Source: a virus
Lineage: Duplodnaviria > Caudoviricetes
Strand: one strand, 5' to 3'
DNA: 56,053 nt
IMG/VR virus record: IMGVR_UViG_3300045941_000468
Span: 1 to 56,053 of that record
Part shown: one piece after another, positions 7,589 through 17,068 of the stretch
How the letters are laid out: every line of letters starts with the position of its first letter
Position numbering within the stretch: position 1 is the first letter of the stretch
Program-made: the position numbers and the translations under genes
Notes under the pieces: generated by a model
What the model saw: the letters and a program-made list of their open reading frames with translations, nothing else
The model's database searches: none
What the model was told of the DNA's origin: nothing

Positions 7589-9060
7589 TACGACGGCCGC
7601 GGCGGCGGCGCCCCCACCTGAGACCCGCCCTCCTCGTCGAGGGCGGTCGTCAACCCCCCGATCGCCAGCGCGCTCCAGCCCCCCTCCTTGAGCGCCTTCA
7701 CCAGCGCGCGGCGGTCGAGCATCTTCCCGAACTCCAGCAGGCCCTTGTTGCGCAGGATGTCGATGTAGCTGCCCTGATAGCCCTGCCCCTTGTGCGCACG
7801 GACGCCCTCCCAGAAGTCGCCGAAGATGCCCGCGGTGGGACGCCCCGGCTCCAGCGAGTCGAGCACATCGTTGGTCGCCGTCAGGAAGCGGTCGACCAGC
7901 TCGTCGTCCGTCAGCCCGCCCGAGCGGGGGAGTCCTTCGGCCTTGGTGAAGCGCGTGCGCAGGTTCGGCAGCTCCTCGGTGATCGCCTTCGACTTGGTGC
8001 CCCACCCGTAGAGCGCGTGCACGTCGGGGGCGGCGTGCCCGGCCCCGGACATGAACGCGCCGAAGGGCCCGACCTTCGGCCCACCGAGATCGATCCCCCA
8101 GAACGCTTTGTTGACGTTGGGCGTCTTGCTCGGGGCCTGCGTCACTTTCTGGAACGGGAGGTTCTGCAGGATCTCCGGCGTGAAGACGCTGTGCTGCGGA
8201 TTGCCGTACAGGTAGTTCAGGACGCTCACCGCCTCCGCGGTGTTCTTCGCGACGCTGGTGTTGGCGGAGGTCGCCGCGAAGATCTGCCCGAAGAGATCGG
8301 CCAGCTCCCGCTCCCCACCGAAGCCGTGCACCAGCTCGGGGTGGGTGGACGGACCCCAGGTCACCTGCTTCGGCAGCGAGACACCGATGCGGTGGAAGTC
8401 TTCGATGCGCCGCGCCAGGTCCTCGGCCGCGGCGTAGATGCCGGGGTCAGCGGTGTTGACGACGCCGCGGCCGAGCGGCCCCGAGCGGGGCGTGACCGGC
8501 ATCCCCTTGACCGCCTTCGCCGCGTCGCGTGGATTGAACTCGGCGAGCAGCGCCTTGAGGTCGGCGGGGGAGAGGTCCTCGCCTGCGAGGATCGCGCGGG
8601 CGCTCTCGATGCGGGCCTTGGCCGCAGGCCCCTTGCCCGTCATCCAGCCCTGCACACCCGGCAGCGCCTCCGGGCGGGCGAGCAGCTCGGACAGCGGCGA
8701 GGCCTCCCCCGGCACGTAGGGCCGATTGAGCAGATCCGTCAGGAGCGACGCGTCGCCGCCGCCAGCGGCGTGGGGCCGCGCGAGTAACTCGTCGAGCAGC
8801 TCCTCGCCCGTGATGAGCGAGCGCGCCTTCCGCGCCGCTGGCGCCAGCCCGCGGCCGACCCCCTTGACGATCGCGGCAGCGGGCGTCGCCATCATCGGGT
8901 CGCCGACGATGTTGAACGGGTCGTCGGGCCCGAGCAGATCGCGGACCCACCGCAGCGCCGACCACACCTCCGGCGGGAGCCACTTACTCTCCTCCGCGCG
9001 CCCGGTCACCACGCTGGGCGTGGCCCACGGCGGGGGTGGCGGTGTCGCTCGGACCGGCAT
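7585..9060 (-). CDS. Putative virion/ejected protein with DUF7178-like (HhH-GPD glycosylase-like) domain
   Basis: Motifs FAATSANTSVAKNTAEA, GGPKVGPF...DVHA, FWEGVR; last gene of the ejection-protein block; GGAGG RBS. Confidence 0.5.
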   Translation of the reverse strand: MPVRATPPPPPWATPSVVTGRAEESKWLPPEVWSALRWVRDLLGPDDPFNIVGDPMMATPAAAIVKGVGRGLAPAARKARSLITGEELLDELLARPHAAGGGDASLLTDLLNRPYVPGEASPLSELLARPEALPGVQGWMTGKGPAAKARIESARAILAGEDLSPADLKALLAEFNPRDAAKAVKGMPVTPRSGPLGRGVVNTADPGIYAAAEDLARRIEDFHRIGVSLPKQVTWGPSTHPELVHGFGGERELADLFGQIFAATSANTSVAKNTAEAVSVLNYLYGNPQHSVFTPEILQNLPFQKVTQAPSKTPNVNKAFWGIDLGGPKVGPFGAFMSGAGHAAPDVHALYGWGTKSKAITEELPNLRTRFTKAEGLPRSGGLTDDELVDRFLTATNDVLDSLEPGRPTAGIFGDFWEGVRAHKGQGYQGSYIDILRNKGLLEFGKMLDRRALVKALKEGGWSALAIGGLTTALDEEGGSQVGAPPPRPSY

Positions 9061-9069
9061 GGCGTCCTC

Positions 9070-12018
9070 CTACTGCACCCGTTCGATCGAAATGCGCCCG
9101 CTGCCGCCAACCTTTGGCGGAGGCTCGGGCGGGGGCTGCGCACCACCGAGCGCGGGGCGCACCCCGAGGTTACTGACCGTGGGCGCCCAGCCGCGCCACA
9201 GGAACCACCGCACCAGCGACTGCATCAGCTCGGGCGAGTAGGCGGCGTAGAGCAGCATGTCCTCGTCGCTGGCGCCCTTCATCAGGCGCACGATGCCGAC
9301 GTTGCCGAAGTGCGTGCCCGCCTGCCGGATGGCGTTGAGCGCATCGGCACCGACCTGCTCCGCCTTGCGCTGTCTGCCGGGCGCGAGGGTCGAGCGCTCG
9401 AACTGCCGCTCCGCGGGGGTGCCCGCCTGGCGCTGGGTGATCTCTTGTTGCTGCTCCAGGCGGCGGACCGACATCGCCTGCGCCTGGTCCTCGGTCTTCC
9501 GGCGTGCGGCTTCCCGCGCCGCCTCTCCCGCTTCCCGCTCGGCGAGCACACGCGCGCTCTGCGCCTCGTCCACCGCGCGGGTCTGCTGCCGCGTCTGCGC
9601 CTGCGTGGTGCGCTTCGCCTCGCGCCCGGCGGTGCGCGCCTCGGCGACGGTGGCGGCGCCGCGCGCCTGCTGCTGCGCGAGCGTCTCAGCCAGCTCCTCG
9701 GAGGCTTGTGCCTGCAGCGCGGCGAACTGTTCGAGGTGGCCGATCACGTCCTTCATCTCCTGCGAGGGGAAGAGCGCCTCCATGAACTCGCCGTTCGCGC
9801 GCAGCTTGGCGACCTGCTCGCCGAGCCCCTTGAGCCCTTTGTTGAGGACGTTGCGCCGCAGCCACTCCTGCTGCACCGAGGCGAGGGCCTGGGCGCCTGC
9901 ACGCTTCCCGGCTTCGCCGCCGCCCTGCTCGGCCATCTCGGTCATCAGGCCGACGAGGAAGCGCGCCTGCTGCGGATCGTTGGGGCTGAGCATCTGCACG
10001 ATCTTCGCGGGCTCCTCGCGCGCCACGCGGCGGATGGTCTCGGCGGCGGGCCCCTCGAAGATCGGCGCGACGCGCTGGTAGTTCGCCGTGGCGGCGTTGT
10101 AGGCCGGGTCGACCGCCAGCAGGCGGCGCAGCTCGCCCGCGAGCCGATCGGTCATGCCGGTGACCTTGTTGCGCACGACGTCGTCGTAGGTCCCGCGGAG
10201 CGCTTCCTGCAGCTGCTGCTTCCACAGGTGCGCTTCCTTGAACTTCACGACGTTAGGCGCGTTGCGGATGCGCGTGAGGATGGCGAGCGCCGGGTGCTGC
10301 ACCATGCGCTCGGCTTCGGCTTCGCTGACGCGGCGGGTGAGCTGGTCGAGCGGATCCTCGGTGAGACGCGGCGGACCGCCCTCGACCGGGCTCCGCGCCA
10401 GCTGGTCGCGCGCGTCGGAAAGACGTGGCGGGGGCTCACCGGGGAGCGGTGTCATCCGCCCCGCCTTCGGGGGCTCGATGCCGCCAGGCCGCAGCAGCGC
10501 CTCGGAGGGATTGACCGGCAGATCGTCGGGCGTCCGCGGCGGCGTCGAGAGCGGGCTCATGTCGGTGGGCGGCACGCGCCGTGGGAAGGCCTGCTCGGGC
10601 GGCAGCACTTCTTCGCGCAACAGCCGCTCGGCCTCCGCCTTGAGGCTGGCGATGTTGATGTCGGGTCCGGCGTCTGCGGCGTCGTCGATCGCCTGGCCGT
10701 AGGCACGCTTGGCTTTCATCGCGTGCGTCTCGAACACCTCGGAGACGGACTGCCCCGCGGCGGTCTCGGCGGGCGCGTCGCTGGCGAGGGCGGCGAAGCG
10801 CTTATCGAGGTCGCCCTGCGCCGCTTCACCCGCCGACTCGTACATGCCCTTCGAGAGCGCGGAGGCCGACTGCGCCGCAGCGACGTCCTGCTCGGCGGTG
10901 CGCGCGGTAGCGGTGCGGGCGCCCTGTGCAGCGGTGCGCGCGGCGTGGCGGGCGTCCCCGGCTTCCTTCGCGACCTTGCGGACGGCGCCACGGGTCTCGG
11001 CCCCCAGCTCGCGCTCGACGCGTGTGCGCGCCAGGCTCTTGAACATCTCCTCCAGCCGGAGGGTGTCCGCGGTCCAGCGCATGGCGTCGAGCACCTCGCG
11101 CTTCTTGTCCTCGAAGTACTCGGTGGCGGTGCGACTGACCGAGGGGGTCACGATGCGCTTGAAGGCGCCGGTGACGCCGCGCGCGATGCCGGTGCCCATC
11201 ACGTCCATGCCGCCCTGCCACGCGCCTGCGGTGGCGATCCGCCCCGCCATCGTGCTGTCGGGTGGTGGTGGGGGACCGCCGAAGATACCGGTCTCTTCGA
11301 GGCCCTGTTCGAGCGCACCGAAGAGCGCGGCGCCTCCGGCACTGCCTGCCACGCCGCCGAGCAAGCCGCCACCGATGCCGCCGACGGCGCCCGCGATGTT
11401 CTGCCGTCCTTCACGCTCGCGCGGGTCGTAGGCGGAGACGAGGTCCTTGCCGTAGTCGACCACGATGTCGCCGAGCGACTGGCTGGGCGGCGGCGGCGGC
11501 GGCTGCACGCGCCCGCCCAGCGGCCCTGCTCCGCTGGCACGCCCCGTCGCCGGGCCTCCGCCACGCGGCTGGCCGGTCGCGGCCGGACCCGCACCTGAGG
11601 CGCGTCCCGATCCGGTCTCGGGCACGCCCATGCGGCGATTGAAGATCGTGCGGAACTTCGCGACGTAGGGATCGGTCGCCGCGCGCGACGCCTGCGGACT
11701 GCCGTTGTAGCGGCGCGCGATGAGCGTGAGGTCGGTGCCGTACTGGTCGCGCAGCTCCTTCAGCTCGCGGATGCCGCCGAGGATGTTGCCGTACTGGTCG
11801 CGCGGGTCGACGCCGTGACGGCGCGCGGTCTCCGGCATCAGCTGCATGATGCCGATCGCGCCCTTCGGCGAGTCCGGCACGTTGAAGTTCAGATTCGACT
11901 CGATCTCGGCGATCGTCAGCGCGAGCTGCGGCGGCACGCCTTCCTTCGTCGCCAGCGCGGTGATGATGTCTTCAGGGCGAGGCGGTCCGCCACCGGCGGT
12001 GGGGGATTGCGGCGGCAT
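9070..12018 (-). CDS. Internal virion (ejection) protein with N-terminal lytic transglycosylase
   Basis: IAEIES (catalytic Glu), GAIGIMQLMPET, ARRYNG; long Ala/Glu/Arg helical remainder; TGATG overlap puts the start at 12018. Confidence 0.85.
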   Translation of the reverse strand: MPPQSPTAGGGPPRPEDIITALATKEGVPPQLALTIAEIESNLNFNVPDSPKGAIGIMQLMPETARRHGVDPRDQYGNILGGIRELKELRDQYGTDLTLIARRYNGSPQASRAATDPYVAKFRTIFNRRMGVPETGSGRASGAGPAATGQPRGGGPATGRASGAGPLGGRVQPPPPPPSQSLGDIVVDYGKDLVSAYDPREREGRQNIAGAVGGIGGGLLGGVAGSAGGAALFGALEQGLEETGIFGGPPPPPDSTMAGRIATAGAWQGGMDVMGTGIARGVTGAFKRIVTPSVSRTATEYFEDKKREVLDAMRWTADTLRLEEMFKSLARTRVERELGAETRGAVRKVAKEAGDARHAARTAAQGARTATARTAEQDVAAAQSASALSKGMYESAGEAAQGDLDKRFAALASDAPAETAAGQSVSEVFETHAMKAKRAYGQAIDDAADAGPDINIASLKAEAERLLREEVLPPEQAFPRRVPPTDMSPLSTPPRTPDDLPVNPSEALLRPGGIEPPKAGRMTPLPGEPPPRLSDARDQLARSPVEGGPPRLTEDPLDQLTRRVSEAEAERMVQHPALAILTRIRNAPNVVKFKEAHLWKQQLQEALRGTYDDVVRNKVTGMTDRLAGELRRLLAVDPAYNAATANYQRVAPIFEGPAAETIRRVAREEPAKIVQMLSPNDPQQARFLVGLMTEMAEQGGGEAGKRAGAQALASVQQEWLRRNVLNKGLKGLGEQVAKLRANGEFMEALFPSQEMKDVIGHLEQFAALQAQASEELAETLAQQQARGAATVAEARTAGREAKRTTQAQTRQQTRAVDEAQSARVLAEREAGEAAREAARRKTEDQAQAMSVRRLEQQQEITQRQAGTPAERQFERSTLAPGRQRKAEQVGADALNAIRQAGTHFGNVGIVRLMKGASDEDMLLYAAYSPELMQSLVRWFLWRGWAPTVSNLGVRPALGGAQPPPEPPPKVGGSGRISIERVQ

Positions 12019-13862
12019 CAGAGTGGCTCCCCGAAGTGCAGAATCTCCCCGTTCGGTCCCCACTCCCACTCCGGCGGCATCCCTTGGATCGGCGTCGTGC
12101 CGGGGGCACCGAGGCCGGTGGGCGGGGCGGGTGGCGGCGTGCCCGGGCGCCAGTTGCCGGGCGAGCCGGGGACGACCGGGCCCGGCATCCCGGCGTAGAC
12201 GTTCTCCAGATGCCCGATGGTCTCGTTGAGGCGCGCCGCGGCACTCTCCCAGGTGTCGCCCCCGAACGGGTTGTAGATGTTGCTGCGCAGCTGCGCGATG
12301 GTGTTGTAGGCGCGCTCAGCGTCCTGTTCGGTCTGCGCGCCCTTCTGCTCACCGACCGAGCGCGCCATCACGTTGACGATGTTGTCGATCGCCGCATCGA
12401 GCGCGGCGAAGCCTTCGCGGTAGCCGGGGAGGACGCGGCGCGCGGCGATCGTCGCGCCCGGGACCTTGCCGCCGAGTTCGGAGGCGCGCGGGAGCACGCC
12501 GAGCAGATCGTTGCCGATGTGCAGCAGCTGCTGATAGAGGTTCTGGATCGAGCGGCGCCGTTCGAGCTGCGCCATGTTCGGCGCGACCTGGTCGAGGAGC
12601 GCCGAGCCGCGCGTGCCGATCGGGATGCCGGTCACGGTCGACTGCACTGGCGTGATCCGCCGATCGAAGGCGGCGTCGCCCGCGCCGGTGCCGGTGGCGT
12701 AGGCAGTGTCCTGCGCGATCTGGTTCGCCTTGGCGATGACGGTGGGCACCATCGACGTCGGGACATCGGCGAAGCGGGCGTAGCCGTAGAAGCTCGCCGC
12801 CGCCTCCCGGTTGCCCCCCGCGCTGATCGCCGGGCTGCGCGGACGCGTGCCGGGCGGGAGCGGCTGGCCGTTGGCGAGCGTCCACGTCCCGTTCACGCGG
12901 TTCATCTGCGCGAAGTCGGTGACCATGCGGCCGGTGGCATCGGGGTACTGGATCGGGTAGGCCTGGTACGTGTTCGAGCCACCGACGCGCGAGATCTGTG
13001 AGGCGTAGAGGCGCGCGGCGAACTCGCTCTGCTCCTTGTCGCCGACGATCCCGAGCTGCTGCGCCAGCTCCTTGTACGACTTGATCTTCCCGCGCACGTC
13101 GCCGAGCGCCTGCCCGCGCTGCGTCTGGATCTGCAGGGCCTCGATGCTGGGGAACATCTGCGGCAGACCCATGATCGGTTCGGTCTGCGCGGGCGGCGTG
13201 GTGTAGGCGCCCCCGGCGATCATCGGCGGCGGGACGGGCGGTGGCGTGGCCTGCGGCAGGTCCTGCACTTGGTTCGCACTGAACGTCGGCTGCGACGCGA
13301 GGCGGTACGTGCCGTCCGGGCCCTGCACGAAGTCCATCGTCGGCGGCGGGACCAGGTCCCCCGTCACCGAGGTCATGGGCGCGGAGGTGGCGAAGGGCCC
13401 AGGCTTGTTCGCGGGCGGCGTCCACGCCTGCGGCTGCGCCAGCGGCGAGGCACCCGGCTCGGTCGGCGACTGCTCAGGGAGCGCCGCGGGTGGGTTCTGC
13501 TGCGGCGGCGTCGGCAGCGCGGTGGAGGTCGCCGGACGCGCACTCGGAATGCCAGGCGGGCCGGTCGGGCGGCGTCCGATCTCCTGCGGTGTCTGCGAGT
13601 AGGTGAGCAGCTGGTGGTAGAGCGGGTTGGCTTCCATCTCGCCCATCCAGCCGCGCACGCCGCCGCGTCGCTTCTGCGGCTGCGTGCCCATGAGGAGCCC
13701 GGTGCCTGCCATCGCGCGCACCTTCGGGTCCTCGGAGTTCAGGAGCAGCTTCATCACGTCGTTCTCGCGCTGCTGCTGCTCACGCGCCAGCAGGGCTTCG
13801 GTATCGACGATCTCCCGATGCCGATCGGCGTAGCCGGAGATGAGCCCTTCCATCCAGCCCAT
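12018..13862 (-). CDS. Internal virion/DNA-transfer protein
   Basis: Lies between pilot-like and SLT proteins; N-terminus MGWMEGLISGY; Pro/Gln-rich linker. Confidence 0.65.
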   Translation of the reverse strand: MGWMEGLISGYADRHREIVDTEALLAREQQQRENDVMKLLLNSEDPKVRAMAGTGLLMGTQPQKRRGGVRGWMGEMEANPLYHQLLTYSQTPQEIGRRPTGPPGIPSARPATSTALPTPPQQNPPAALPEQSPTEPGASPLAQPQAWTPPANKPGPFATSAPMTSVTGDLVPPPTMDFVQGPDGTYRLASQPTFSANQVQDLPQATPPPVPPPMIAGGAYTTPPAQTEPIMGLPQMFPSIEALQIQTQRGQALGDVRGKIKSYKELAQQLGIVGDKEQSEFAARLYASQISRVGGSNTYQAYPIQYPDATGRMVTDFAQMNRVNGTWTLANGQPLPPGTRPRSPAISAGGNREAAASFYGYARFADVPTSMVPTVIAKANQIAQDTAYATGTGAGDAAFDRRITPVQSTVTGIPIGTRGSALLDQVAPNMAQLERRRSIQNLYQQLLHIGNDLLGVLPRASELGGKVPGATIAARRVLPGYREGFAALDAAIDNIVNVMARSVGEQKGAQTEQDAERAYNTIAQLRSNIYNPFGGDTWESAAARLNETIGHLENVYAGMPGPVVPGSPGNWRPGTPPPAPPTGLGAPGTTPIQGMPPEWEWGPNGEILHFGEPL

Positions 13863-13865
13863 GAC

Positions 13866-15224
13866 CTACCCCCATCCCTCGCCAGCCCAGGTCGCCGAGG
13901 GGTTGTTCCGGTTGGCGTAGCTGTCCGCAGCCGACGTCACAAACTCGGTCACGCCTGCGTTGATCACCGCCCCGTAGGCCCGCCGCCACTCCGCCATCGT
14001 CTTGGCACTCTGGAGCTGCTGAATGAGCGCCTGGGCCTGCCCCTCGGGGACACCCTTCTCCGCCAGCGCCCGCGAGAGCCCCTCTTCGCCGGACCCGCCG
14101 TAGCGCTGCGCGAAGCCCTTGAAGAAGCGGTCGCGCGCGGGGTTGACCTTCACGCCCTCCTCGCCGCCGCGCAGCCAGCCCTTCTCGGCGATGCCCCACG
14201 CCACGACCGGCGCGGCCATCAGTCCGGCGGTGGTCGCGGCCGTGCCCAGCCCGACGCCACCGGCCGTGCCTGCCGCCGTGCCCCCGCCGCCCGCAGCACT
14301 CGCGCCCCCGCCGCCCGCCGCTGCACCTCCGGCGCCGAGCCCGAATCCGGTGCTCGCGCCCTGCGAGGCGATCGTCGCCGGGACTGCCGCGTGCATCCCG
14401 GGGATCGTCGCGGCCGGGAGCAGCCCGCCCGCGGCGGTCGTGGCAGCAGGAGCGGCCACACTACTGAGCTTTTGCGCCGCGCTAGCAGGCGCCGACGACG
14501 GCGTACCGCCCTGCAGGATCTTGCCGCCCTGCGTCACGGTCTCGTTGCCGGTCCACTCACCGCCGGGGTCGGTCGGGAGCTTGTTGGCGTTCTTCCCGAG
14601 CTTGTTGCCGGACCACTTCCCGATCTCCGCCGCCAGCCCGCCGACCGCCTTGCCGGTCTTCTCGCCTTCCCCACGCGCGTAGACGCGGTTCAGGTACCCC
14701 GAGTTGAGCAGGTTGCCGTAGATGTTCGCCGAGGTGCCGGTCAGCTGAGTGCCGGTGCGCGACAGATCGCTCCCGAGGTCGCCGAGCGCGCCTGCAGCGG
14801 CAGGCTGCACGCCGGTGATGAGCGAGCCGATCTGGCTGGCGCGCTGGCGATTGAGTTCGCCCATCGCCGTATCGCGCGCCGCGCCGCGCACGCCACTGCG
14901 GACCAGGCCGCGCTCGGCGCCGCGATAGAGGTCGGTGAGCTGCGCGGTGGGCGCGGCGACGGCTTGTGACATCGCCGCACGATTGCCGCGGAGGAGCGTC
15001 GAGTAGTAGTTGCCCGCCTGGGTCTGATACCCCTGCCCCTGCCCGAGCATGTTGGCCGCGGTGCGTCCGGACTGCGTCGCCAGATTCTGCTGGCCGGTGA
15101 GCCCGAACTGCTCCTCAGGCCCGCGCTTCATCGCATTCGACTGCGACTTCTTGCCCGCCAGCGCGCCGCCGAGCATCCCGGCGCCCTGAATGATCCACGG
15201 CATCGCCGGAGCCAGGAATCCCAT
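13866..15224 (-). CDS. DNA-transfer/pilot protein (P22 gp7-like position)
   Basis: Gly/Ala-rich hydrophobic N-terminus GAGMLGGALAGKK; follows the GNAT gene with TAATG overlap. Confidence 0.65.
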   Translation of the reverse strand: MGFLAPAMPWIIQGAGMLGGALAGKKSQSNAMKRGPEEQFGLTGQQNLATQSGRTAANMLGQGQGYQTQAGNYYSTLLRGNRAAMSQAVAAPTAQLTDLYRGAERGLVRSGVRGAARDTAMGELNRQRASQIGSLITGVQPAAAGALGDLGSDLSRTGTQLTGTSANIYGNLLNSGYLNRVYARGEGEKTGKAVGGLAAEIGKWSGNKLGKNANKLPTDPGGEWTGNETVTQGGKILQGGTPSSAPASAAQKLSSVAAPAATTAAGGLLPAATIPGMHAAVPATIASQGASTGFGLGAGGAAAGGGGASAAGGGGTAAGTAGGVGLGTAATTAGLMAAPVVAWGIAEKGWLRGGEEGVKVNPARDRFFKGFAQRYGGSGEEGLSRALAEKGVPEGQAQALIQQLQSAKTMAEWRRAYGAVINAGVTEFVTSAADSYANRNNPSATWAGEGWG

Positions 15225-15652
15225 TACGACCCTCCCAGACGCACGCCGTCGATCGGGACGACGTACAACTTCCCGTCGGCCGGGATGTACCCGAGGTGAC
15301 GCACGAAGTCGTGCACCCGTGGCAGGCTCTCGTCGTTGACGCACGCGAAGACGTACGGCACCTGCGCGTCCTGCAGCACACTTTTTGTGGCGCCCCACAG
15401 GCGCGTGAGCAGCTCGTAGAACTCGTGCGGGCGCCCGCGATACTCCGGCGCCACCCAGAGCGGCTCCATGTGGATCGCCTCGAACAGACAGTTGAACGCG
15501 ACGATCACGCCCGCGCGCTCAGCGACGATCACGCGCCAGTGGTCGGGGCTCGGCAGGCCCGTGGAGGTGAACGGCTCGAAGGCGAGCAGCCGCGGCCACT
15601 CCTCGGGCGGGAGCTGGCGCAGCGTGACCGACTCGGTGAGCACCGGGGTCAC
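15224..15652 (-). CDS. GNAT-family acetyltransferase (podovirus head/tail assembly position)
   Basis: VIVAERAGVIVA...MEPLWVAPEYRGR...FVRHLGY; sits just before the ejection genes. Confidence 0.75.
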   Translation of the reverse strand: MTPVLTESVTLRQLPPEEWPRLLAFEPFTSTGLPSPDHWRVIVAERAGVIVAFNCLFEAIHMEPLWVAPEYRGRPHEFYELLTRLWGATKSVLQDAQVPYVFACVNDESLPRVHDFVRHLGYIPADGKLYVVPIDGVRLGGS

Positions 15653-15888
15653 GGGCCGACGACTCCTTCACCGACGAGGCTGGTCTCGGCGTCGTTGGCG
15701 CGGTAGCGGCCCTGCGCATCGAGCTTGTACTTCTCGGCGAGCGTGCGCCAGTACTGCTGGCGGCGCTCGAAGAGCGACTGCGCCTGCTGCTGCGCCATCG
15801 CCAGGTCGCTGTCGAAGGCGCGGAGCTGCCAGTAGTCGGCGGGGTCGAGTTTGTGCTGGCCGTTGCCGTTCATGCCGATGCCGTCCAT
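15649..15888 (-). CDS. Small coiled-coil protein (possible tail-fibre chaperone)
   Basis: GGAG RBS; helical composition; operonic overlap. Confidence 0.55.
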   Translation of the reverse strand: MDGIGMNGNGQHKLDPADYWQLRAFDSDLAMAQQQAQSLFERRQQYWRTLAEKYKLDAQGRYRANDAETSLVGEGVVGP

Positions 15889-15897
15889 ACGATCTCC

Positions 15898-16254
15898 TTA
15901 GAGTGGCGGGGGTGCCGCGGCGCCCAGGTCCACGCCCGCGAGCACGTTCCAGAAGGTGGCGACCTGCGAGAGCAGCGCCGCGTCGGTCACGGTCGTCACG
16001 ATCCCGGCGTCGGTGATGTCGACCGTGCCCACCAGGTTCGGCCCGCCGACGATGGTGCTCGCCGCCGCGGCCGACGACATGCTCGGATTGGCGAGCACCT
16101 GCCCCGCATAGCCGGAGCGCTGCGGGTGGTAGGGCGTGGTCTGCGGTTCCTCCCGCACGACGCGCGCCTGCTGCACCATCACGTACTGGAGGCGCTGGAG
16201 GAAGGACTGGTCCTTCGCCAGCTGCATCTGCATCGCGCTTTCCGACATCGCCAT
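15898..16254 (-). CDS. Hypothetical tail-associated protein
   Basis: GAGG RBS; position after the fibre genes. Confidence 0.65.
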   Translation of the reverse strand: MAMSESAMQMQLAKDQSFLQRLQYVMVQQARVVREEPQTTPYHPQRSGYAGQVLANPSMSSAAAASTIVGGPNLVGTVDITDAGIVTTVTDAALLSQVATFWNVLAGVDLGAAAPPPL

Positions 16255-16264
16255 ACGTGCCTCG

Positions 16265-17068
16265 CTATTCGTTCAGGACTAGTTGCAGCAGCCCGCGCAC
16301 GCCCGCCCCGCCGGTATCCGAGCCCGCGTTGCCACCGTCGCCGTGATGCCCGCCGCCCGCGTTGCCGTGCGTGCCGCCCAGCGCCGCGCCCCCGCCGCAG
16401 TAGGTGCCGCCGAAGATCGTCGAGGTGCGGCCGGGACCACCGTGCTGCTGCGAGTAGGCGCTGTTCCCGGCGCCGCCGCCGCCCCCGCCCGCGGCCGACC
16501 CGCCGACGTTGTTCTGGCCCGTGAAGCCGTTGTAGCCGAACCCGGCACGCCCGACCCCTGCGGCCCCGCCTTGCTGATAGCCCCCGGCGCCACCGCCGCC
16601 GCCACTATCGCCATTCCCGCCGTCCTGTCCTGCGGCGATCGCGCCGCTGCCCCCGAGCCCGCCGCCGTAGACGGTCCACGGTCCCAGCTGCGTGAGGCCC
16701 CCGGGCTGCGCGTTCCCGGCCCCCGGCGCCGTCGCGCCCGTGCCTCCGGCGCCGACGTAGACCGTGATGGTGCCGCTCACCACCAGCCCCCACGACTCCC
16801 AGAACCCACCCGCGCCCCCACCGCCTCCGTTGTGGTGCGAGTCGTACTCGGCCCAATACACCCCCGACCCCGCGCCGCCCCCGCCCGCGATGAACAAGCC
16901 GCCGAGGGTCATCTGGCGGCTGAAGACGAAGGTGTAGGTGCCCGCGACGTTGAAGGTCGCCACGGCGCCGGGCGTGAAGATGTGCGTGCCGTTCATCGCG
17001 CCGGAGTAGGTGACCGACGGGACGCTGAGGCCCCCACTCGTCTGCCGCCATTTGATGCTGCTCGGCAT
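16265..17068 (-). CDS. Glycine-rich tail protein
   Basis: IAGGGGAG...GGGGGAGG...ITVYVGAGG signature of phage glycine-rich tail domains; abuts the fibre stop codon. Confidence 0.75.
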   Translation of the reverse strand: MPSSIKWRQTSGGLSVPSVTYSGAMNGTHIFTPGAVATFNVAGTYTFVFSRQMTLGGLFIAGGGGAGSGVYWAEYDSHHNGGGGGAGGFWESWGLVVSGTITVYVGAGGTGATAPGAGNAQPGGLTQLGPWTVYGGGLGGSGAIAAGQDGGNGDSGGGGGAGGYQQGGAAGVGRAGFGYNGFTGQNNVGGSAAGGGGGGAGNSAYSQQHGGPGRTSTIFGGTYCGGGAALGGTHGNAGGGHHGDGGNAGSDTGGAGVRGLLQLVLNE

